From positions 11,142 to 75,141 of IMG/VR virus record IMGVR_UViG_3300030060_003575: DNA of 64,000 nucleotides; one strand, written 5' to 3'. Under the pieces are notes generated by a model that saw nothing but the letters and a program-made list of their open reading frames with translations, did not search any database and was not told the origin of the DNA. Source of the stretch: a virus. Position 1 is the stretch's first letter. Every line of letters starts with the position of its first letter. Below are positions 39,715 through 48,286 of this stretch, one piece after another. Position numbers and translations under genes: made by a program.

Positions 39715-40296
39715 TTATTCACGCATATTAACTAGCAAAAGAACCAAGTATCCTATTAGGTCTTTTACTACGTCTTCATCAGATTCTAATGATGCATTAC
39801 CTTGCATCAACCTGTTCAATTTATCATCTATGCGAACTTTCAACTGTTCTGTCTTATCAGCCCTAGAAAATATTCTTATTGGCTGTAAAGCGGAATCACC
39901 ATATTGGTCATTCTTATCAAGGAGAAACTGTGTTATTTCTCCCATTGTCTTTGAAATCTTAAAACTGGATTCGTCTTGGCCCTTCACAGGCTTGGCCTGC
40001 TCTTTCGCCTTATTATACTTACCCGCTATCAGATTAGGTTGCATATGTGTTCCCCATTGAGAGGAACCCATTATCTTTTTAAGATAAGGTTCATTTATTA
40101 TCTTCTCTTTAGATTGACTCTTTGGTTTTCTACCACCATTTCTTTTACTGATTGTTCCTTGAGCCTGTAGTCTGTAAATGCGTTGTCTTACAGAACCGAC
40201 TGTTCTATTCATTTTCTTGGCTATTGCTATCGCAGTTAGCCCTTGCTTCCACAGTTTCATTAACTGTGTTTCTTCTTTCTTTGTCCATTTCGTCAT
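39715..40296 (-). CDS. HTH protein fused to a DUF1599/nucleotide-modification-associated domain
   Basis: N-terminal KWTKKEE...IAKKMNRTVGSV; C-terminal KNDQYGDS...RIDDKLNR...DVVKDLIGY. Confidence 0.7.
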   Translation of the reverse strand: MTKWTKKEETQLMKLWKQGLTAIAIAKKMNRTVGSVRQRIYRLQAQGTISKRNGGRKPKSQSKEKIINEPYLKKIMGSSQWGTHMQPNLIAGKYNKAKEQAKPVKGQDESSFKISKTMGEITQFLLDKNDQYGDSALQPIRIFSRADKTEQLKVRIDDKLNRLMQGNASLESDEDVVKDLIGYLVLLLVNMRE

Positions 40297-40329
40297 AAAA
40301 TCACCGATGTTAATTATCTCAGTTTCTTG

Positions 40330-40700
40330 CAGAGTGTTGTTTCCACAACATTTCTACAAGTCTGGAAACGACATAATGATGCGGTTAGCATCACTAACTC
40401 AGCCATATTGCCCCCATTCGTTTTCGTTTCCATTTTTCCATCATTTACACCCCCTGCTCAAAAGGAAGGAAGGAAGGAAGGAAGGAAGGATAGAGAGAGA
40501 GGGGTGGAAAAGTATGTAATAATGTAAATATATTATAATGTATTAGATATATTATCTAACTCTTCCATTCTATCTCACTTTCATTTCCAACTCCAATTGG
40601 AAACGTGGAAACGTTTGACCCCCTTATCATATCATATAGGATATGTCATATGCATAAGTGTATAGTATATACATATATTATACATAGAGAGTCTTCCCGG
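40330..40700. other. candidate replication origin (TGGAAA boxes, purine tract, AT-rich element)
   Basis: Several TGGAAA(C)/TTTCCA boxes in both orientations, (AAGG)7 and an AT-rich stretch at 40510-40560, at the edge of the strand switch. Confidence 0.4.
40462..40489 (+). repeat. (AAGG)7 microsatellite within a polypurine tract
   Basis: Read directly from the sequence. Confidence 0.95.
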
Positions 40701-41025
40701 TACATATCGAATCAATGGCGCGATTTAACATCATAACATTTTACGCCATAAATTCTGATTAGTATATACTGGCCTTTGGTGGAATACGTGCTTGTAAGGC
40801 CATTGATTGTAATTGCCACCAACAATTCTATAGATGGCAGGGGATATATAAGTCGGCGGCACCCCTCGATGCCCCTCGTCTATAAATATCCTATTTGTCG
40901 AACCATATGGTATCAACAACTTTGTCCAGTTGAAACCTGATTTTGAGGAGTCCGACAGGAAAGGGCGACTTTATCCCTTTCCTGCCAGACAAGAATTGCT
41001 GCTAACTAGGCGTGAAAGAAGGGTT

Positions 41026-41535
41026 TTATTCCTCTTCCTCCACAAAGTCGTATTCTGCACAAGCGGCAAGTCCATCTAGTGAACCATCCCATGAGCCGTC
41101 CTTGTAAAGTTCCCTTGCCGTCTGCTTTGCTTTCTTAGCGAGGGTGTTTGCGTAATCATTAGCATCTGTGAACACAGGTGGCCCTGCGCTCTTTCCGTGC
41201 TTTCTGAGCAATGGCTGAGAATACTGCGCTGTGCTCTCAAAGAACGTATATGCAGCCTCTCGGATTGCTTCAGCAGCAGAATCAACCACTACTGATGCAG
41301 CAGCAGGTAGTAATCCTTGATTACCTCTGCGCCATACAACCTTTCCTGAAGGGAAGTCCTTCAGCATTGCTTTAATGGATAGAGCCAAAGCAGCCCTATT
41401 ATCCACATTGTTGTCACCAGTCTCTATTAGCATAGTTGCTAGAGACCTTACATCATCGGGGATTGTTCCATCAACGTCACCCTCGATGCATGAGTTTACC
41501 TTCATCTTTACCGATTCCCAATTTACTTCATCCAT
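41026..41535 (-). CDS. cassette-borne hypothetical protein, paralogue of 43265-43798
   Basis: Likely start MDEVNW downstream of a TATA box; shares HGKSxG...YA...WDGS with the second cassette gene. Confidence 0.75.
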   Translation of the reverse strand: MDEVNWESVKMKVNSCIEGDVDGTIPDDVRSLATMLIETGDNNVDNRAALALSIKAMLKDFPSGKVVWRRGNQGLLPAAASVVVDSAAEAIREAAYTFFESTAQYSQPLLRKHGKSAGPPVFTDANDYANTLAKKAKQTARELYKDGSWDGSLDGLAACAEYDFVEEEE

Positions 41536-41595
41536 AATATTCACTTTCCTATTTTTTCTTTCTTTGCCCGTTAGCGGCATAGTTGTCAATTCTCT

Positions 41596-41614
41596 GGGAT
41601 ATATAAGAGGTTTC
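41596..41614 (-). promoter_or_regulatory. archaeal BRE/TATA promoter of cassette A
   Basis: Minus strand reads GAAACCTCTTATATATCCC; the same CTTATATATCCC 12-mer recurs at 40841-40852. Confidence 0.6.
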
Positions 41615-43264
41615 AAACAAAGCGAAACCATATGGTAATGAGAGTTTTTTCAGGATACAAAGAAACATGCATAGAAAAACGCGCGAATTTTCCTTAGTCT
41701 AAATTCTTAGTGTGTTTTCTGCACCTCAGTTTCCACTGGTTTTGTTATTTAACATCACTTCTTTTACGCCCATTACATGACCATATGGATAGTTAGTACG
41801 TAGTTACGAGAGGGTCTATGAGAGTCGAGGACTCGTTTAGACTGCTATAAAGTCGAATAGACGTAAACTGCGTTAAGCAGTAGTAGACGGTAGCATAGGG
41901 TGAAGTAAAAGAAGGATTGCGGGTGACTGGTCTACGTACTCAGTTTCCCGATACATGAGGATATTTTACATGCTTACGCATAATTAACACCATATGATAG
42001 CAGTGTAACGTTAGTTAAACGTAATGAATAATGGTGTTTAATGAAACACCAATGAAATGTAGTAACGATACGTGTAACGAGGTATCTGATTGCTTCTACG
42101 AAGACGCTACGCTACAATCATATGGTGTTGATAAAACATAGGTGGCACTGAAAAGGTACCGCTTGTTTACAATATCCTTATGATTTGCTCCGCTTTTTAC
42201 TATAGCCTATGCTACGTGCTTAATGCACTGTCGCAAAAAGAGTTCCCAAATCATATGGTTGGTTAAGGTTTCCTCTGGTTACCAGTGTGAGGTGCGGAAC
42301 TAAGGTGCATTACGCACCAACGAAGGTGGTTTGTTCCGGCACGAACATGGTAAGCGGAGGTGCCAATTATACAACCTCAATGGGATTGGTCTATTCATCT
42401 CATTTAACCAACCATATGGTTATAATTCCTCTGGTATACGATTAAAGATGATTAGACACATTAAGTGTCCATCAGGATACCAGAGGAATATATACCCTAA
42501 TAAAAAAAATAGGGTCTTGCGTCATAAGGCCTATATCCCTTAGCCTGTAACTTGACAGCACACCTCGTCCGGTACTACTGTGCGAGAGAAAATATGAATT
42601 CTTCATAATCCCTACATAAATGTAAACGGACGCTAAATGCGTCTTATCGTTTTATATACATTTATTCTCGCCCGTTGTACCACGACGATTGTGCTGCAAT
42701 TTACAGCCTAACGCCTATAAAACCTTATCTCATACCATATGGTCGTAGACCTTAAGGGAACGTTAAAGGAATCTAACTCCGCGCACTTGTACGCATTGTC
42801 TCATGCACCTTTGTTGGTGCTAAATGCACCTTTTCGACAATGGCACGAAGTCCACTTCCGTTATATCCTTTAACTTCTTCGACCCATATGATACTAATGA
42901 AATGGTGTTTGTAAAAAAAGTCGCGGTAACTTGTTAGCGTGACTACTCTACGTTAGTGCGTTAAGCACTAATCTAGATGTAGTAGCATAGGGTTTTTTAC
43001 AAACAAGTATCTGATAGTCCAAGTATTCCTATCATATGGGTTTAGGTTCCAAAGATATACAAGAGGTGAAGATAAAAGAAAAATGCATTAAGCATGAGCC
43101 GTAGGCGGTTCTTTTATTATTGGCGGAAGCCATGCTTCACCTATTGTATAGCACGGAACAACTACCCTCAATTGGGGTCATGTTCTCTAAAGTGAGAACA
43201 TGTTACCATATGGTCATAACTTTGTGAAAAAGACCAGAAGAGGTTGGTGGCGACTAAAACCAAC

Positions 43265-43798
43265 CTATTCTTCTGAACCCCCATTATCGGTGACGGCTGG
43301 ATAGCCATCATCGGTGTACGACCCGTCCCAGTAGTATCTCTTATCGGTACCATTGGTAAACGCATTGAAAGCGGCATTCAAGAATAGCCTCTCTTTCTTG
43401 GTCATATCATCTGCGTATGCAGATGCACCATCATCCATAGTGGAGTAAAGAACCCCACCGGACTTTCCGTGTGTCTTCGCAGTACCAGCCACTAGAGGGT
43501 ACACGACTGTTGCCATGTTATCCCTGAAGGTTGCTAGGTACTTGTCGAAATCGGACTTAACGGCAGTTGTCATTAGAGACTTTCTACCGCCACCAATAGG
43601 TGAATTGTCCAAATCAGCGAATACTACGCTGATGCTCGACCAGTGCCTCTTCCTGAGGTCAGGCTGTGCATCGCCTATTGCGAAGAGACCATCTACAATG
43701 ACCCTTCTTCCCTCATGCTCTGGGTTCGCGTCAAACCACTCATTGACGTGTTCTTTCTTGTTGTTCCATACGCTGTCTTCCATGCTGTAATCAACCAT
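43265..43798 (-). CDS. cassette-borne hypothetical protein, paralogue of 41026-41535
   Basis: GGAGTGA RBS; THGKSGG...AYADDM...YWDGS. Confidence 0.75.
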   Translation of the reverse strand: MVDYSMEDSVWNNKKEHVNEWFDANPEHEGRRVIVDGLFAIGDAQPDLRKRHWSSISVVFADLDNSPIGGGRKSLMTTAVKSDFDKYLATFRDNMATVVYPLVAGTAKTHGKSGGVLYSTMDDGASAYADDMTKKERLFLNAAFNAFTNGTDKRYYWDGSYTDDGYPAVTDNGGSEE

Positions 43799-43854
43799 AT
43801 CTATCACTCCTGTGAATTAGGTGGTTTAGTCGCCACCATAGCACTATTTTCAAT

Positions 43855-43868
43855 GGTATATTTAAGGT
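43855..43868 (-). promoter_or_regulatory. TATA-like promoter of cassette B
   Basis: Minus strand reads ACCTTAAATATACC; equivalent boxes sit at the same position in cassette C (ACCTTAAGTAAA, near 44480) and cassette D (ACCTTATAAATT, near 45005). Confidence 0.55.
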
Positions 43869-44099
43869 ACAGTTTAAACAAAGTAACGTACCATATGGGT
43901 GCAGGTTTAAGAATGCGTAGCATTCTCATTTAGTTGCTCGGCAACGATAAACGAGCAACAAATGGCAAACCAAAGCCCCGTGGGAATGTTTGAGGCACGT
44001 AGTAAGATGCTGCTGGTGTCCTTAGACTTGGCTTAATGCCAACGAGTCCAGCAGCACCTGTTATCTACTTCCATATGGTCATACTTTGTTAAACAGACC

Positions 44100-44465
44100 A
44101 TAATCGCTCAACAATGATGCAACGATTTAAACTTGCGCTAACATCAATTTTACAAGTCGTTGTCTTACTCACTATTGAGATGCATCGTTTTTTGGTAACT
44201 GCCAGAAACGTGCAAAACTGGCTCAAGGATGGATGAGTGGATTCGTTTCCTTACCCTCAAGGTTACATGGGTGTTAGTTCATGCCATTAATTTTGCATGG
44301 GCTTTAACCCGTACCTACCAATAACCGACCCGCTAAGGTCATTGTAGTGCCTGTCTTTTTCTTCGACCGACTCCCTGTGCCGCTAAGCACCGATTATTGT
44401 GCCTTTCACCCTAACAACGGTGATATTCAGCCAATCCGGGTCACTCCGTCAAGTGACATAGCAAT
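44100..44465 (-). ncRNA. putative structured ncRNA occupying cassette C
   Basis: Same promoter and end architecture as the gene cassettes, but no ORF of 60 aa or more; multiple hairpins, two with an identical CGCTAA loop on + (TTAGCG on -). Confidence 0.45.
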
Positions 44466-44678
44466 AATATTGATGGTTTACTTAAGGTAATGTTTAACAA
44501 AGTTACATTACCATATGGGTTGGCATTAAGCCAATGTTTAGACATTCCCTCATTTATCTGGCTGCGAGTACCGCTAGGCTTACATTAACCTCTGAAGGAG
44601 GTCTAAACAACCTCTTATCTTCCGAGGTTAATTGATACTCTCATCCATATGGTATTGAACTTTGTCAACAATACCTGA

Positions 44679-44879
44679 CTAACTGGAATCATCTCCAGTT
44701 AAGCCAAGATAATCATTCAATGCTAGATTCAAATCATCCATGACTTGACCCAAATCATCACCTGATACACGTAGTTTACTGATTGAAAGCACCAGTGAAG
44801 AACCAGATTTCATATGCTTGACTTCAAGCACATATTTGGGTTCGTTGATTTGTTGAACGATTGTTTTTTCTTCTGTCAT
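44679..44879 (-). CDS. cassette-borne small hypothetical protein
   Basis: GGTGA RBS, 66 aa, inside cassette D. Confidence 0.65.
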   Translation of the reverse strand: MTEEKTIVQQINEPKYVLEVKHMKSGSSLVLSISKLRVSGDDLGQVMDDLNLALNDYLGLTGDDSS

Positions 44880-46346
44880 AATATCACCAAAGGTGGAGGG
44901 GCCATTGAACCAAGTGACTACTTACAGGCATTGAATGCTCGGCGGCAATATACTGTATTATCCAGTGTTGGTTGGCCCCTCTATATCAATAGGTATTATG
45001 TAATTTATAAGGTAATGTTTACAAAGCCCATTACCATATGGTTTAGTAAGTGACGGTCTTACTTGCCAGGGAAGGTACGTATACGCGCTTCAGGAACGTA
45101 AGTCGTTTAAACGCATTAAGCGTTAGACAAGTGAACGCGCGTAAACGTCCTGGAACTGGCAAGTAAGAGCAGGAACGCACGTTAAAACCCCGTTAAACCT
45201 GAAGGGCATAAGGAACCTCCTTTAAGGCACTCTTGCTTAACGTAACTTAGACAAGACATATCTTCCGTTAAACGCTTTTGCTGGTACTTAATGTACCTAC
45301 CACTCCATATCTGTCTTGTCTAACTTACGTTAAGCAAGGTAAACCTTAAATCCAACTCCATATGATACGAGGTAGGATTCATCTGGGCTTTAGGCCCAAA
45401 CTAAGGTGGTATGAATCCTTTGAAGTATCTTATGAGGATAGGATAAGCAAGCGGTATATCCACAAGGGAGAAACCTATGCAATATTCCCACCATATGTTC
45501 ACATAAGTGGGCGAACTCAATGGGGATTTATGGGCAATTACCTCCATCTTCGTTCATGTCTTATATCAAGACATTGTGTGTATTATCATATGCCCATTAC
45601 CATATGGTTCCAGCATCGCTGGAAGATAACTTGCAATGGAAGCATACAGCAATGAAAGACGCATTAAGCGTCCACTTAGGTGTAGCAGGCTGTATGCATC
45701 CTAAATGCAAGTTATTCACAGCCCCATTTGAGGATATACATCCATATGGTTATTAATCACTTTCTACAAGAATGTCCTCCAAGGGCTTGTAAAATGTCCT
45801 AGAGACGCATTAAGCGTCTAACAAAGGTGAAGGGACATTTTAAGGGGATTCGCCGTAGAAAGTTACAACGCAGTGTTAATCACCTCAGGTTGCTTAACGC
45901 TTCGCTACAACCATATGCTTTGCATTCGATTTTTTTTCTTATTAAACATTCGTTTGTTTACCCGATTTTGGCATAAGATTTTGTTCTACCTAAGAACACT
46001 TTGATATAGAAGCATCTTAGATGCGCGTATAGAGAAGGCTCAGGTGTGCTAAACATATTTTAATTAATTAAAAATAGATTCGCGGTGCTTCAAGGATACA
46101 AAGAAACAAGTATGCTCTAAACACTGCTATTCAACCATTGATACACTGTGATTAAATAACAAACAAAGGCTTATTCTGGAAATGCACAAGTTTTATATAG
46201 AAAAAAAACGCAAGTGCCGGATAAATTACAGGTCAAATTTTGAAAAATAAAGGTCTAAAAAATTCCGCCAAAAAAATGGGGTAAATAGAGAATGAAAAAA
46301 CTACCATTAAAGAAGGTAAAATTAACAAAGTTTAGGTGGTGGGACT

Positions 46347-46754
46347 GTGAGTTGGTTTGAAGTAGTTAAAAATACGCCAGACATAAACTTTCAAGAAGAA
46401 GGAAATCAGTCTTGTTGTAATCAGGCTCAAAGAAACATTAGAAAAGAGAGACCTATAATGTATGGTGATATGTGGCATAGTGGTTATTTTGACCAAAGGA
46501 ACATGTGCTATATATTAAAAGAGTGGTTCACTAATAGATTAAATTGGGACGGTAAGGTAATTTTTGATTCTGGTAAAAGATTAAGATTGGAACAACAGAA
46601 AAAGGGCTGGTTACAAGATTGGGAAGACTGTAATAAAATCCAAGGAGAAAAAGGCCCGTTTCCTACGTTACAGAATCGTTTGAATATTCCTGATAAATCT
46701 AGAAAAGATATAGGTATAGATGAATCTATGTTTGAGGACACGGGGTATGAGTGA
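46347..46754 (+). CDS. WxxILK-tagged protein, CC...WxxC family
   Basis: MSWFEVVK; SCC...C...WEDC. Confidence 0.7.
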   Translation: MSWFEVVKNTPDINFQEEGNQSCCNQAQRNIRKERPIMYGDMWHSGYFDQRNMCYILKEWFTNRLNWDGKVIFDSGKRLRLEQQKKGWLQDWEDCNKIQGEKGPFPTLQNRLNIPDKSRKDIGIDESMFEDTGYE

Positions 46755-47109
46755 TTTTATGACTATCAGAAATGAATGGAGAGACCAATTACTCAAAGAG
46801 TATGCAGAACAAGAATTTGAAGACGATGGAACGATGTTAGAAATTAACATAGATACTGGTGATGATGATGAGTGTTGTGAAATGATTAAACGAAAATATA
46901 ATAATTTTGATAATCGTTATGGTACAGATTGCAATCAAATAAGACTGTACGTAGAAAAAAATGCCTATGAACTTGTTCCAGATTTTGCAACATTTACACC
47001 AAAAGACCCTGAGGCTGCGCGGAGAAGAATGGCAAAATATAAAGCAATAGTAGAAGAATGGGATGAGTGTGAAATGAAAAAGAATAGTTGGAAGACTCAA
47101 TTGGAGTGA
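46747..47109 (+). CDS. CC...WxxC family protein
   Basis: EWRDQLLK near the N-terminus; ECC...C...WDEC. Confidence 0.65.
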   Translation: MSDFMTIRNEWRDQLLKEYAEQEFEDDGTMLEINIDTGDDDECCEMIKRKYNNFDNRYGTDCNQIRLYVEKNAYELVPDFATFTPKDPEAARRRMAKYKAIVEEWDECEMKKNSWKTQLE

Positions 47110-47113
47110 TATT

Positions 47114-47602
47114 ATGTGTAATAATTGTGATGATTGGAAAGACATTTTAAAGAGTGATGAAGATAATGATGTATTTTTGAAGGACATTTTTGATAGAGAT
47201 GACTTTGGTGATGATGATGATGGTGGTTTAGATTTCGGTTCAAGGAAAGTCCATCAAAGAAGTATGGATAATTACAGTGATAAAACAGCAGTTGGGTTGT
47301 TTGATACTCAAGAACAAGAAGACTTGTACCAATATGGTATAAAATGTTATTATTGTGATGAACCAGCAGAATGGAAGTGTATTAACGGGTTAACAAAAGG
47401 CTGTGCATATGAAGGCCCATCTAATGATGGAGTTCAAGTATGCGGTTCAAATAGTAACTTTGCAGATGACACCCACCCAGAAGGTCATAAAACATATGCA
47501 CTGAACCGCAACTCAGGACACACCTTTGTTCCTATTGAAGATTATTTCGATTTAGACCCAGAATTTGGGTATCAACATGGAAAACACAGGGGTAATAGAT
47601 AA
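47114..47602 (+). CDS. WxxILK-tagged acidic protein with Cys/His Zn-binding domain
   Basis: DWKDILK; CYYC...C...C...C...H. Confidence 0.7.
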   Translation: MCNNCDDWKDILKSDEDNDVFLKDIFDRDDFGDDDDGGLDFGSRKVHQRSMDNYSDKTAVGLFDTQEQEDLYQYGIKCYYCDEPAEWKCINGLTKGCAYEGPSNDGVQVCGSNSNFADDTHPEGHKTYALNRNSGHTFVPIEDYFDLDPEFGYQHGKHRGNR

Positions 47603-47681
47603 TGGCTAAAAGACACCCAAATGGAGATTGCAAATTCTTTAGGGATTTTATGAAAGAACTAATTGCAGAAGAGGAAGATGA

Positions 47682-47981
47682 ATGAGTTGGCATACTGTGT
47701 TAAAAGAGGATTGTTTTAAAAGAGCAAGACAGACCTTTGTTTTACACACAATAGAAGGATTGCAGAGAAAAGGTTATCCATTTACTCAAAAAGATATAGA
47801 TACTTTAACCAGTAAAATTAAGAAGGCTTCATCAAGCGGGTTTAAGAGAAGTTTAAGAGAATTTTCAAAAGGTAAGAATTTACCAGATGATGAAAGATTA
47901 GCAGCAATTAGAAAAGAAGCAGCAACAGAAGCAATTAATGAGTGGGACAAATGTGTAGAAAGGAGCCGTGATTTCATATGA
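47682..47981 (+). CDS. WxxILK-tagged protein, CC...WxxC family
   Basis: MSWHTVLK; DC...WDKC. Confidence 0.7.
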   Translation: MSWHTVLKEDCFKRARQTFVLHTIEGLQRKGYPFTQKDIDTLTSKIKKASSSGFKRSLREFSKGKNLPDDERLAAIRKEAATEAINEWDKCVERSRDFI

Positions 47982-48286
47982 CATGGGAACAAATAATAAA
48001 AAGAGGATATGGTAAGAAGTATATGCACCCTGTAACAAGAGAAGCACTTTCGACTGTTAGGACTCCCTCAGAAATTGGAACTATTCAAACTATAATTAGA
48101 GAGCATATTAGAAAAGAAAATGAAAAGAGAAAAGCACAGGTAGGTGGAAACAAAAAACCTAAAATTTCAGAATCTAGAGCAATGCTTCCTAATTCAAGAT
48201 TAAAGGTTTTTATAAATAAAGAAATTAGATTAGGTAATATGCGCCAACAAGGTGATAGGTATTTATGGGTGGGTAAGGATATATGA
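47978..48286 (+). CDS. WxxILK-tagged basic protein
   Basis: MTWEQIIK. Confidence 0.7.
   Translation: MTWEQIIKRGYGKKYMHPVTREALSTVRTPSEIGTIQTIIREHIRKENEKRKAQVGGNKKPKISESRAMLPNSRLKVFINKEIRLGNMRQQGDRYLWVGKDI

Larger units (their letters stand above)
40903..45918. repeat. tandem array of fold-back modules joined at CCATATGG/CATATG palindromes
   Basis: Sites at 40903, 41628, 41781, 41990, 42118, 42251, 42412, 42735, 42884, 43032, 43206, 43891, 44071, 44511, 44645, 45034, 45358, 45491, 45586, 45600, 45742 and 45911 (13 are perfect CCATATGG). Module ends are mutually complementary. Confidence 0.9.

Noticed and set aside
42331-45756. Short ORFs 42331, 43168, 43643, 44814, 45362 and 45520 in the array
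   Set aside because: They cross module junctions or overlap real genes, and lack an RBS and protein-like composition.
40903-45918. CRISPR or TIGR-like guide array
   Set aside because: The repeat is only 6-8 bp, spacing is irregular (mostly 128-725 bp), the units are self-folding, and no cas or Nop-domain gene is present in the window.
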